DNA of 64,000 bases from an uncultured cyanobacterium (GTDB lineage Bacteria > Cyanobacteriota > Cyanobacteriia > Cyanobacteriales > CAWUOF01), in contig CAVUSO010000001.1 in the NCBI GenBank assembly GCA_963744145.1, positions 928,001 to 992,000 of the forward strand, read 5' to 3'. Both the position numbers and the translations under genes were made by a program. How positions within the stretch are numbered: position 1 is the first letter of the stretch; each line of letters starts with the position of its first letter. The notes beneath the pieces are model-generated. The model saw nothing but the letters and a program-made list of their open reading frames with translations, had not been told where the DNA came from and made no database searches. Of the stretch, positions 1 through 9,628 are shown one piece after another.

Positions 1-1631
1 TACTCTATCCCTTGATCTAATACCTTGCTAATATCATAATTATCACTAACACGAGCATTTCTCAGTAAATTTTCTAACCGATTCCAGCGAAAACTGCCAT
101 CTTTAAACAATAAATCTCGTAAAGACGATCGCAATTCTGGAGCTGGATCGGTTAATAATCGTTTCGCGACGTAAGGATAAGCTTTACTCAGCACTTTGAA
201 ATTGGGATCGACTTTAATCGCAATTCCTTCTAATGTTACCAGTGAACGAATAATTAAAGCGTAATAAGCGGGCACCCGGAAGGGATACTCATACATTAAA
301 ACTGAGAACTGATCAGTAATGCTTTTAAAATTAAGTTCAGCTACACTAGCACCTAAAGCATTACCAAAAACCCGGGTCAAAGCCGGAATTATGGGTGTTA
401 AATCAGTATCTGGTGTTAAAAACTCTAACTTGATATAATCTTGAGCTAATGCTTCAAAATCTCGGTTAACTAAATGAACAACTGCTTCAATTAAACCATA
501 GCGTTGATAGGGTTTGACCTCGCTCATCATCCCAAAGTCTAGGTATGCTAATTGACCATCACGAGTAGCTAATAGGTTACCTGGATGAGGATCAGCATGA
601 AAAAATCCATGTTCTAGGAGTTGACGGAGGGAACACTGTACACCGACTTCAATTAAATAAGTAGGATCGATACCTTGAGCTTGAAGTTCGGCAATTTTAG
701 TTAATTTAGTACCCTCAATCCATTCCATGGTTAACACCCGTTTTCGGGTATATTCCCAATAAATTTTGGGCACGTAAATATCTTTTATATTACCATATAA
801 ATCCGCAAATCTTTCGGCATTCCGCCCTTCTTGATTGTAGTCCATTTCTTCAAAAATGCGACTACCAAATTCATCCATAATTCCCACTAAATCACTGCGA
901 ATTCGTTTAATATTAGTTTTTGCCCAAAACGCTAATCGACGTAGTAGGTAAATATCCAGAGCAATACTTTCCGCTAATCCTGGACGTTGCACTTTGACCG
1001 CAACAATTTCACCTGTTGGTAGTTTCCCCTGATAAACTTGTCCTAGAGATGCTGCTGCAACTGGATCGGTGGAAAGTTCAGCATAGATATTTTCTGGTCG
1101 ATCACCTAATTCTTCTTCAATAAATTTATATGCTAATTCGTTGGGAAATGGTGGTAGTTGATCTTGTAATTTGGCTAATTCTTCTAAATATAATGGTGGT
1201 ACTAGGTCAGGTCGAGTTGATAAAGCTTGACCGACTTTAATAAAAGCTGGACCTAATTTAGTTAATATTTCGCGGAGTTTTACGGCTCGAATTGGTTGAT
1301 TTTCCTCTAATTTACCAGTTCGGCGATCGCATAATAGACTAAAATAAAAGCTCACTAATGGCCAAATAACCCCAACTAATCGCATCCATACCTGAATTGG
1401 TCGCTGGTTATAATAAGCAGCGATCGCTTCTGGATCATAACGTAACGGTTCAGTTGCTGATGGTTCGGCTGATTTTAACCTAGGTGGTATTTCTGAGTAG
1501 GGATCGAGAGCAACTAAATGGGGGGTTTTTACGCTGATGCTGGGATCTAGTTGTTCAGTCTGGGTAAACTTTTCAGCTCTTACCCCCGATTCTAAATATT
1601 TTGACCCTGCTGATCCTGTCTTAACTTTCAT
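1..1631 (-). CDS. AarF/ABC1/UbiB atypical protein kinase, 3' end outside window
   Basis: Manual minus-strand translation from ATG at 1631 (MKVKTGSAG...) contains LGPAFIKVGQALSTRPDL, AAASLGQVY, VAVKVQRP, FFHADPHPGN and YLDFGMM, the ABC1 kinase motifs. Absent from the ORF track because it runs off the edge. Confidence 0.93.
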   Translation of the reverse strand, partial: MKVKTGSAGSKYLESGVRAEKFTQTEQLDPSISVKTPHLVALDPYSEIPPRLKSAEPSATEPLRYDPEAIAAYYNQRPIQVWMRLVGVIWPLVSFYFSLLCDRRTGKLEENQPIRAVKLREILTKLGPAFIKVGQALSTRPDLVPPLYLEELAKLQDQLPPFPNELAYKFIEEELGDRPENIYAELSTDPVAAASLGQVYQGKLPTGEIVAVKVQRPGLAESIALDIYLLRRLAFWAKTNIKRIRSDLVGIMDEFGSRIFEEMDYNQEGRNAERFADLYGNIKDIYVPKIYWEYTRKRVLTMEWIEGTKLTKIAELQAQGIDPTYLIEVGVQCSLRQLLEHGFFHADPHPGNLLATRDGQLAYLDFGMMSEVKPYQRYGLIEAVVHLVNRDFEALAQDYIKLEFLTPDTDLTPIIPALTRVFGNALGASVAELNFKSITDQFSVLMYEYPFRVPAYYALIIRSLVTLEGIAIKVDPNFKVLSKAYPYVAKRLLTDPAPELRSSLRDLLFKDGSFRWNRLENLLRNARVSDNYDISKVLDQGIE

Positions 1632-1714
1632 CGTGTGGGCACGCCATAATGAGAGGTTACTTAAAATATTGTAACAATTATTTGGTGCGATCGGTCAAAA
1701 TTAATCTCAACCTC

Positions 1715-2461
1715 TCAATTCCATTGCCAACAGCTCAATTGCCAGTTTTTTCCAGCGATCGCGATGGCGGCTGTATAATCTGGATGGGGATTTAAGCTTG
1801 CTAGAGTCCACTCCCTAGCTGCGATCGGATTGTGAGCGGTGCTTAACAGGATAGCTGGTTCGTTGGGATTGACAGATACTTCAAATTGATTTAAAGGTAG
1901 AGTCAGACCTTTACCTGTGGCTTTAATATAGGCTTCTTTACGAGTCCAGCAATTAAAAAAGGCAACTGGTTGTTGGTGATGGGGTAATTTTTGAATAGCT
2001 AAATACTCTGATGCAGAAAAAAAACGCTTGGCTAACTGTTCTAAATCAGATATAGGACGCATATATTCAATATCAATACCAATTTCCCGGTTTTGAGCGA
2101 TCGCATATAAGGCTAAATAATTGGCATGAGATACATTAAAATATAATTTTGGGATAGTGGGATGAGCTAACATGGGTTTTCCATAAGGACCATAGGCAAA
2201 TTGCACATCTTCCGGTTTTATTCCCAAATATTGTCCTAAAATGATTCTTAAGGTTCCCCTAGCCGTAATAAAACGCCATTGATCCCGCTGAAAATAAAAT
2301 CGGTTTGCTCTTTTTTGTTCATCCTCAGCTAGGAGGGTACGAAGTTGTTGAATTTGGTCGAAATCTTGGTCGAGAGAAGCACACCAAACATGGACATCAG
2401 GACTGACTAAATCGAATTTTTCTGGTTTTTGTTGCCACAAACAATTAAATTTAGTCATCAT
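1715..2461 (-). CDS. hetI: Sfp-type 4'-phosphopantetheinyl transferase (HetI-like, W/KEA type)
   Basis: Motifs YGKP, FNVSH, IGIDIE, CWTRKEAYIKATGKG. Confidence 0.9.
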   Translation of the reverse strand: MMTKFNCLWQQKPEKFDLVSPDVHVWCASLDQDFDQIQQLRTLLAEDEQKRANRFYFQRDQWRFITARGTLRIILGQYLGIKPEDVQFAYGPYGKPMLAHPTIPKLYFNVSHANYLALYAIAQNREIGIDIEYMRPISDLEQLAKRFFSASEYLAIQKLPHHQQPVAFFNCWTRKEAYIKATGKGLTLPLNQFEVSVNPNEPAILLSTAHNPIAAREWTLASLNPHPDYTAAIAIAGKNWQLSCWQWN

Positions 2462-2526
2462 TGATTAATTTTAGATATAGATTGAAGTTTTAACCGTGAT
2501 CGGCCAGATATAACATAGTATAATGT

Positions 2527-2551
2527 GTAGGGACGTATGACAATACGCCCC
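2527..2551 (+). repeat. GTAG-headed REP-like short palindrome
   Basis: GTAGGGACGTATGACAATACGCCCC: GTAG tetranucleotide followed by an imperfect hairpin; intergenic. Confidence 0.55.
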
Positions 2552-2569
2552 AGAGACATCCAGATGAGG

Positions 2570-2818
2570 TTAATCAGATTTGAGTCTTTGAGCAATCCAG
2601 CTCGAGATCCCACTGAAAATTGCACCTACCATTAACAAACCAATAGCTGGGGTGAAAACTGGCTCCCACAGACGATACCATAGATCCAGACCCAGACTGA
2701 CATGAATCGAACGACCAAAAACTGCGATCGCTAACCAGATAAAGCTAATCAACACCAGGAATACATCCGCGACTAAAAACAGATTTAACCATTGCAGGAG
2801 TTTATCTTTCATTACCAA
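2570..2818 (-). CDS. Small two-TM hypothetical membrane protein
   Basis: 82 aa ORF with two hydrophobic segments flanking GLDLWYRLWEPVFTPAIG. Confidence 0.75.
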   Translation of the reverse strand: MVMKDKLLQWLNLFLVADVFLVLISFIWLAIAVFGRSIHVSLGLDLWYRLWEPVFTPAIGLLMVGAIFSGISSWIAQRLKSD

Positions 2819-3009
2819 AAATTAATTTTATTACCAATCTATTCAAATTTTATTTTACACTCTGATCATAAACATCAAGGTCATTACTCAAACTAACCGT
2901 GGTCATGGACAACCCTAACTGACCCATTATCCCTAATCAATATCGCTCAAATTTTTGAGAATTAGTTATTATTAGGGTGATTTAACTTCATAACCTGAAC
3001 GATCTACCA

Positions 3010-3609
3010 ATGTCAAAACTCAAATCAATTTATCAACTTGTCGCTACTACCTCGTTATTATTAGGGATCGGAATTTTGGGTAGAGAAGTTGCACAAGCAG
3101 AATCCTCGGTCTTTCTCACTGATAACACCTGTGTGAACACGAGTGGGGGTAATTGGGGGGTGGATAACTCCCCAGTTGTTGTCAATAAAGCAGTATATAC
3201 CAGTTTTTTATTTATGGGGGCTGGTAATACTGTGTCCTCAATGACCTGTTACATTAAACCAGAAAAGCCTCAGAAACATCCCAAGATATTTAAAAGCTTT
3301 TATTTGGAATTTGGGATGCGTGACAATGATCGAGGTAGTCCTTCAAATATTGTCAAAGTTTATTTAGATGGGATACTATCTGCGACACAAAGAGTTTCCC
3401 CCGGTCAAGCATTTTATTTCCCATTTGACGTTTCTAATGTTAGCAATATTTCGATCGAAACTATCTGTGATGGTCAATTACAATATTGCGATCGCGTTTA
3501 CTTTTTTAATGCTTCCTTAGACGAGCGACCATTACCAATTAGCGCACCAACCCTACCATCCTTAACTCCGAATCAAATTCAAACACCACCTCCTCCTCCA
3601 AACCAATAA
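3010..3609 (+). CDS. Secreted hypothetical protein, possible NPCBM-like beta-sandwich, Pro-rich tail
   Basis: Signal peptide ending AQA, beta-rich core (FGMRDND...VKVYLDG...FDVSNVSNISIET), four Cys, PPPPP C-terminus. The domain call is an inference. Confidence 0.65.
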   Translation: MSKLKSIYQLVATTSLLLGIGILGREVAQAESSVFLTDNTCVNTSGGNWGVDNSPVVVNKAVYTSFLFMGAGNTVSSMTCYIKPEKPQKHPKIFKSFYLEFGMRDNDRGSPSNIVKVYLDGILSATQRVSPGQAFYFPFDVSNVSNISIETICDGQLQYCDRVYFFNASLDERPLPISAPTLPSLTPNQIQTPPPPPNQ

Positions 3610-3619
3610 ATGAGATCCG

Positions 3620-3649
3620 GGCTAATAGTTGTTTAATTAACTATTAGCC
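3620..3649. terminator. Intergenic hairpin
   Basis: GGCTAATAGTT-N8-AACTATTAGCC, perfect 11-bp inverted repeat just after the stop at 3609; no U tract. Confidence 0.5.
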
Positions 3650-3669
3650 AGAAATTAGTAGCCGAAATT

Positions 3670-4065
3670 ATGAAACCACAAATCACCAATATGATCGCAT
3701 GGCAACAGGCTGAAATTCTCATGCAGCCTGCCCTAATTCGTCTGATTGATAATATTCGTAAACAGCTAGAAACCTCAGCATGGAAAGGTAGTTATGAAGA
3801 AGTGCAAACTCCTTATCCCGGCTATCATTTGTGTTTACAATATCAAGATCAGCAAGTGCGAGTTAATTTGTGGGAAATCTGTTATCAAATATGTTTTCGC
3901 AACTATATTCCAGCTATAGAAGAGGAAGGGATACAAGAAGTAGAAATAGATCCCAGTTTGATTAATGAAATGGCAGAAGTAGATTGGCAATCCTTAGAAG
4001 ATAAGACTAAACAAATTGTAGAACATCTATTTGCTAGTTTACCTGGCACCGACAAATATCTTTAA
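3670..4065 (+). CDS. Conserved cyanobacterial hypothetical protein
   Basis: 131 aa ORF with AWQQAEILMQPALIRLIDNIRKQLE and LWEICYQICF. Confidence 0.8.
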   Translation: MKPQITNMIAWQQAEILMQPALIRLIDNIRKQLETSAWKGSYEEVQTPYPGYHLCLQYQDQQVRVNLWEICYQICFRNYIPAIEEEGIQEVEIDPSLINEMAEVDWQSLEDKTKQIVEHLFASLPGTDKYL

Positions 4066-4081
4066 AAAAGTAGGTAACAAA

Positions 4082-5128
4082 ATGAATCAAGAATTACATC
4101 AGATCCAAACTATTGCAGGCGCAATTTTCGCGGAAAATAACTTAGTACCAGTTAGTTTTTGTCAGGATGAAATGGCAATTGAAGCCACCAAAATTGGAGT
4201 TGCACTATGCGATCGCAGTCATTGGGGTCGGATTCAAGTTAGCGATCGCGATCGCATCCGTTTTTTGCATAACCAGAGTACCAATGATTTTAATATTCTG
4301 CAACCAGGACAGGGATGTGATACAGTTTTTGTTACCTCTACTGCACGAGTAATTGATTTAGCAACAGCTTATATTACAGAGAATGATGTAATCCTGTTAG
4401 TTTCTCCAAATCGACGGGAAAAACTAATGCAATGGTTGGATCGTTATATCTTTTTTGCTGATCAAGTAAAATTAGTAGACCTCACTGAAAAAACTATTAC
4501 ATTTAGTTTAATCGGACCGAAAAGTAATGCTATTTTAGAGCAGTTAGGTGCGATCGCAATCACCACCCAACCCCAGAGTAATCACCAAATATTTTTATTA
4601 GATCATCAACCAGTTAGAGTTGCAGTTGGGAGTGGATTAGTTACCCCAGGATATACCTTAATTGCAGATGCTAATCATGCTGTGTCCTTATGGAAAACCT
4701 TAACTGAAGCAGGAGCAATTCCTTTAGGTGATCGGGTTTGGGAACAACTCCGAATTGCTCAAGGAAGACCAGTACCTGATCAGGAACTAACGGAAGATTA
4801 TAACCCCCTGGAAGCAGGTTTATGGCAAACAATTTCCTTTAATAAAGGTTGTTATATCGGACAGGAAACTATTGCTCGATTAAATACCTATAAAGGTGTA
4901 AAAACCCAACTCTGGGGAATTCACCTCGAAGCACCAGTCACACCAGGAACTGTAGTGACAATCGATGAAGAAAAGGTAGGAAAATTAACCAGTTGTACTG
5001 AAACTGCACAAGGTTATTATGGATTAGGATATATTCGCACTAAAGTAGGTGGTGCTGGTTTAAAAGTAAAAGTGGGAGAGATCATGGGAGAAGTAGTTGA
5101 TGTTCCCTTTCTAACTCATGTCCCTTAA
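4082..5128 (+). CDS. ygfZ: Folate-binding protein YgfZ (GcvT family)
   Basis: Signature KGCYIGQE. ATG at 4082, preceded by AGGT, preferred over the overlapping start at 4031. Confidence 0.93.
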   Translation: MNQELHQIQTIAGAIFAENNLVPVSFCQDEMAIEATKIGVALCDRSHWGRIQVSDRDRIRFLHNQSTNDFNILQPGQGCDTVFVTSTARVIDLATAYITENDVILLVSPNRREKLMQWLDRYIFFADQVKLVDLTEKTITFSLIGPKSNAILEQLGAIAITTQPQSNHQIFLLDHQPVRVAVGSGLVTPGYTLIADANHAVSLWKTLTEAGAIPLGDRVWEQLRIAQGRPVPDQELTEDYNPLEAGLWQTISFNKGCYIGQETIARLNTYKGVKTQLWGIHLEAPVTPGTVVTIDEEKVGKLTSCTETAQGYYGLGYIRTKVGGAGLKVKVGEIMGEVVDVPFLTHVP

Positions 5129-5146
5129 TCCTCGGTTGAAATTAAT

Positions 5147-5425
5147 CTAGTGAGGATGAAATTTAGGATATAACATCATTAAAACCGGTTTACCCCCTAA
5201 TAAATGTTGTTCGACGATTGCAGCTACTTCATCCACCTGAACATGATCATACCAAACTTCATCGGGAATGATTAACACCATTGGTCCATTACCACATTGT
5301 CCCAGACAAGCGATCGCTTCAATCGAGAATTCGACTAGAGAGCGATCGCAAAAAGCTTTGAAAACCGCAATTGCACCTTGTTTACGACAACTGCGACTTT
5401 GACAAACTAATACTCGTTTAACCAT
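5147..5425 (-). CDS. Thioredoxin-like (2Fe-2S) ferredoxin
   Basis: VLVCQSRSC ... CLGQCGNGPMV ... WY motif. ATG at 5425 overlaps the NRPS stop region by 8 nt. Confidence 0.9.
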   Translation of the reverse strand: MVKRVLVCQSRSCRKQGAIAVFKAFCDRSLVEFSIEAIACLGQCGNGPMVLIIPDEVWYDHVQVDEVAAIVEQHLLGGKPVLMMLYPKFHPH

Positions 5426-8400
5426 TGGTTTGAGTAAATTCTGCAACAGCTTTGTCAATACAAGACTTTAATTTAGCTGCTAATATTTTAATATGTGGTT
5501 CGGCAAAAAGATCCAGATGTGTACCTGGAATATCTTGGATATCAATTCCACCAGTAGCTAAACCATCCCAACCTAAATTCGGTAGATCATGAGCCCAAGA
5601 TTGCTTTTCTTTCACCCGAAATAGGGTAATCTGACCAGGATACACCTGTGGTTTATATTTCCTCTGTCCTGCAAGAGCTGCTTGTTGAACTCGACGAATA
5701 TGTTCGGGCATATACCAAGGTGCTAATTCTGCTTTCCCATAGTAATATTTTTCCATCAACTTTTGATATTTTGGTTTGAGGAATGTACTGATGCGCTCAT
5801 AGATATACATCAGCTTTTCCTGGGGTGGCAAATTGACCAGATTATAGCCAAAAATTTGCAACTTACTCAATAGTTTCGGTCTTCCCATTTGGATTGAGAT
5901 CGGACTATAGGTATCTAACAACCCTACCAGAATGACTTGATGACCTTGGGAAATTAGTTGTTGGGCAATTTCAAAAGCAATAGTTCCACCCGAACTATGT
6001 CCGATCAATAGAAAAGGACCTTCAGACTGGACAGTAAACATTTCTTTAATATAGTCTGTTGCCATTTCTTCAAACGAGTTTTGGGGATAGCTATGACCAT
6101 CTAATCCCTTAGCTTGTAGTCCGTAAACTGGTTGTTCCTCACCGAGATAAGGTACTAAGTTCTTATAATCAAGAATATTTCCACCCATCGGATGAATACA
6201 AAATAGAGGTATTTTCGCTCCTTTGGTCTGAATCGGGACTAAACTTTGCCAGGAAGCTGACCATTCTTCAGTGCTAATAATATTTGCAAGTTGTTCGATT
6301 GTTCCTGCTTGTAATAAAGTTGCGAGGGGTAAATTTTTGCCAAAAACTTTTTCAATTTGAGTAAATAACCGTAACGCTAGGAGAGAGTGTCCTCCCAATT
6401 CAAAAAAGTTATCTTTGATGCTGATTGGATGAATATTTAAAATCTGTTCCCAAATTTTCGCTAATTGACATTCTAATTCAGTGCTGGGAGCAACAAAAAT
6501 ACTTTCTTCTTGACGTTCTCCCGATGGTGCTGGTAAAGCACGACGATCTACTTTCCGATTTGGGGTGAGCGGTAAAGATTCCAAAAATACAAAGATCGAA
6601 GGCACCATATAATCAGGTAACTTCTCTTTTAAAACTTGCTTCATGTCATTTACGACTGGAGTCTGTTCTGGATCAGGAACAATATATGCTACCAGTCGTT
6701 TATCTCCAGGAATATCTTCCCGGACAGTAACTGCATTTTGCCATACCCCTGGATATTTAGCTAATACAGATTCTATTTCCCCCAGTTCAATCCGAAAACC
6801 CCGAATTTTTACTTGAAAGTCGATTCTTCCTAAGCACTCAATCTCACCATTAGGTAAATATTTAGCTAAGTCACCGGTTTTATAAATCCGATCTCCTAAT
6901 TTAGTGCTAAAAGGATTAGGAATGAATTTTTCAGCATTTAACTCTGGTCGATGTAAATAACCTCTAGCTACACTAGCACCACCAATATGTAGTTCTCCGG
7001 AAATTCCGATCGGTACGGGTTGACCACTCGGATCTAAGATATAAATCTCTGTATTCGCGATCGGACGACCAATAGGAATAGTGCGGTTGACTTGTTTAAC
7101 TTGATAAATAGTAGACCAAACTGTGGTTTCAGTCGGACCGTACATATTCCAAACCGAACCTACTCGTTCGATGAGTTTTTGGGCTAAATCTGGTGACATT
7201 GGTTCACCACCACAGAGAATTTTTAGTTGCTGGTTTCCTTTCCACTCTGCTTCTAATAATAATCTCCAAGTAGCTGGTGTTGCTTGCAATACTGTCGCTC
7301 CCGATTTGACCATTAATTCTTGTAATCTTATTCCATCAGTAGCTACTTTCCGACTCGCTCTTTCAATTCGACCACCGACAATTAGGGGTAGGTAATGTTC
7401 TAATACAGATATATCGAAGGATAGGGTGGTGACGGAAAGTAATATATCGGAGGAGGTAAACCCAGGTTCTTCTTTCATAGAGATGAGGAAATTTACCACA
7501 GCTCGATGGGGAATTTGGACTCCTTTAGGTTTACCCGTAGAACCAGAAGTATAAAGCACATAAGCTAAGTGATCTGATGTGGTTTGATTAGCTAAATTTT
7601 CGGTGCTAGAAGTGCTGATATTTTGCCATTCTTGATCTAAACAAACAATTTTGGCTGTGGCTTTTGGTAAGATATTTAGTAAGTTTTTTTGGGTTAAAAT
7701 TACTGACAATTGAGCATCTTCGGCAATTAAAGCTAACCGATCGGTAGGAAATGCTGGATCTAATGGTACATAAGCTCCTCCAGCTTTTAAAATTCCCAAC
7801 ATTCCCAGAATTTCATCAGGAGAACGCTCCACTGATATTCCCACTAATACATCTGGACCAACTCCCAGCGTCCGCAGATAATGAGCTAATTGATTAGCTT
7901 TTTGGTTGAGTTCTCGATAGCTCAGTTGTTGATTTTCAAAGCTATAAGCGATCGCGTCAGGACTTTTTTCTACTTGAGCTTCAATTAACTGATACAAACA
8001 TAAATCTGTGGGATAATCTGTTTGGGTATTATTCCACAGGGTCAACAATTGATGTCGTTCTGGTTCGGTCAATATGGGTAAGTCTTTAAGTTGACTCGTC
8101 ACCACTACCATACTTTCTAGTAAGGTTTTTAAATGTCCACCCATCCGCGCGATCGCTTCGGGATTGAACCGATTTTGATCATATTCTAATTTCAGTCCTA
8201 GGGAAAAAACTTGGGGTGCTATTTCATCTTGTTCAGCATATAAACAGAGGGGATAGTTGTTCATTTCTAACAGCTTAAACTCCCGCTTTTCCCAATTTCC
8301 TCCTAGCGATCGCAAGCGCGAATTCAAAGAATAGTTTTCAAATATCACTAGACTCTCAAACAATGGTGTTCCAAATGGGATATTGCTCCATTCTTGGATC

Positions 8401-9410
8401 TTAATTATTGGGGTATGTTCATATTCTCGATATTTCACCCACATTGATCTCAATTGCTCTAACCAGGGTAATAATTCTGCATCTGGTAGTACCGATACTC
8501 TGACTGGAACTGTATTAATCAGTAGTCCTACCATTTTCTCCGTTTCTGGAAAACTGGACTTCCGACAATTTCTAGTTGCACCAAATAAGACCTCGGTTTC
8601 TCCACTATAACGACTGAGCAAAATTGCCCATGCTCCTAATAGGAAAGTATTGAGAGTTAGTTTTTTTTGTTTCGCGATCGTCTCCAATGCTGTGATTACT
8701 TGAGATGCTATTTCTATTTTGTATTGACCCGGAATTTTTTCTACTATTCTGTCTGGAGTAGTTGTTCCCATTAGGGGAGTAGGTGAGGTAAATCCTTGCA
8801 ATAAATTGCGCCAAAATTCTTCTAGTCCAGGGGGTTGATAGGTTTGCAGCCAATTGATATAGTTTTTATATGGTTCAGGATCATTTAATTGCCGATCTTC
8901 TCCCAGACAAAAAGCTTCATAAAAAGTAAAAAATTCCTGTAGCACTATGGTTAAAGATCTACCATCTAGCAAAGCATGGTGAAATGTCCAAATAAACCAG
9001 TAATCACTTTCACCAATCCTGAATAGTTTTGCTCTCATTAATGGGGGTTGATCAAGTTCAAACCCTTGCTGTCGATCGCTTTCTAAATAAGCTTGTAATT
9101 GCTGTTGGAGTTGTCCATTTGTTGCTGTCACCCGCCAATCTTTTTCTTCGATCAAAAAATTAACTACTGGATGAATAACTTGCTCCGGTTCATCCTGATT
9201 TTGCCATTGGAAACTGGTTTTTAATACCTGGTGACGTGCTAAAATCCTTTGCCAAGCTTTTTGAAATGCTTCTAGATTAATACTTTCATGGCATTCACAT
9301 ATTATTTGTTCAATATCTACCCCAGTTCTTTTAGCATATAAGCTATGGAATAACATCCCCTGTTGTAAGTGGGACAGTGGATAAGTATCTAGCTGATTTT
9401 CTGTTTTCAT
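5418..9410 (-). CDS. Single-module NRPS, C-A-T-TE
   Basis: C domain HHALLDG; A domain YTSGSTGKPKG, YGPTETT, YKTGD, LPLTPNRKVDR; T domain FFELGGHSL; TE GHSSGG and PGTH. Confidence 0.96.
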   Translation of the reverse strand: MKTENQLDTYPLSHLQQGMLFHSLYAKRTGVDIEQIICECHESINLEAFQKAWQRILARHQVLKTSFQWQNQDEPEQVIHPVVNFLIEEKDWRVTATNGQLQQQLQAYLESDRQQGFELDQPPLMRAKLFRIGESDYWFIWTFHHALLDGRSLTIVLQEFFTFYEAFCLGEDRQLNDPEPYKNYINWLQTYQPPGLEEFWRNLLQGFTSPTPLMGTTTPDRIVEKIPGQYKIEIASQVITALETIAKQKKLTLNTFLLGAWAILLSRYSGETEVLFGATRNCRKSSFPETEKMVGLLINTVPVRVSVLPDAELLPWLEQLRSMWVKYREYEHTPIIKIQEWSNIPFGTPLFESLVIFENYSLNSRLRSLGGNWEKREFKLLEMNNYPLCLYAEQDEIAPQVFSLGLKLEYDQNRFNPEAIARMGGHLKTLLESMVVVTSQLKDLPILTEPERHQLLTLWNNTQTDYPTDLCLYQLIEAQVEKSPDAIAYSFENQQLSYRELNQKANQLAHYLRTLGVGPDVLVGISVERSPDEILGMLGILKAGGAYVPLDPAFPTDRLALIAEDAQLSVILTQKNLLNILPKATAKIVCLDQEWQNISTSSTENLANQTTSDHLAYVLYTSGSTGKPKGVQIPHRAVVNFLISMKEEPGFTSSDILLSVTTLSFDISVLEHYLPLIVGGRIERASRKVATDGIRLQELMVKSGATVLQATPATWRLLLEAEWKGNQQLKILCGGEPMSPDLAQKLIERVGSVWNMYGPTETTVWSTIYQVKQVNRTIPIGRPIANTEIYILDPSGQPVPIGISGELHIGGASVARGYLHRPELNAEKFIPNPFSTKLGDRIYKTGDLAKYLPNGEIECLGRIDFQVKIRGFRIELGEIESVLAKYPGVWQNAVTVREDIPGDKRLVAYIVPDPEQTPVVNDMKQVLKEKLPDYMVPSIFVFLESLPLTPNRKVDRRALPAPSGERQEESIFVAPSTELECQLAKIWEQILNIHPISIKDNFFELGGHSLLALRLFTQIEKVFGKNLPLATLLQAGTIEQLANIISTEEWSASWQSLVPIQTKGAKIPLFCIHPMGGNILDYKNLVPYLGEEQPVYGLQAKGLDGHSYPQNSFEEMATDYIKEMFTVQSEGPFLLIGHSSGGTIAFEIAQQLISQGHQVILVGLLDTYSPISIQMGRPKLLSKLQIFGYNLVNLPPQEKLMYIYERISTFLKPKYQKLMEKYYYGKAELAPWYMPEHIRRVQQAALAGQRKYKPQVYPGQITLFRVKEKQSWAHDLPNLGWDGLATGGIDIQDIPGTHLDLFAEPHIKILAAKLKSCIDKAVAEFTQTNG

Positions 9411-9453
9411 TTGTCTAACCTCCTCGGAAACCTTTTGATTAGAAAATTAGGGC

Positions 9454-9471
9454 TTTGTATAGTTTTGTAAC
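9454..9471 (-). promoter_or_regulatory. HLR1-like (RpaB) direct repeat upstream of NRPS
   Basis: Minus strand GTTACAAA-AC-TATACAAA; one mismatch to (G/T)TTACA(T/A)(T/A)-N2-(G/T)TTACA(T/A)(T/A). Confidence 0.55.
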
Positions 9472-9488
9472 AAAAATTATCTAGCAGT

Positions 9489-9628
9489 TATACCAATTTT
9501 TGATGAAACTGCATATAATCCGATCCCCCCAACCCCCTTAAAAAGGGGGAGCCAGACTTGAAAGTCCCCCTTTTTAAGGGGGATTTAGGGGGATCAAAAT
9601 CTGTGCAACTTTACATTAAATTGGTATT
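9489..9628. mobile_element. MITE-like palindromic dispersed repeat
   Basis: Terminal inverted repeats TACCAATTT/AAATTGGTA, imperfectly extending to TGCA, enclose CCCCCTTAAAAAGGGGG and CCCCCTTTTTAAGGGGG hairpins within GATCCCCCC...GGGGGATC. Confidence 0.75.

Noticed and set aside
5418..9410. NRPS as MysE of mycosporine biosynthesis
   Set aside because: No mysA/B/C genes in the window and the pocket code is Gly-type rather than Ser-type; not supportable from this sequence.
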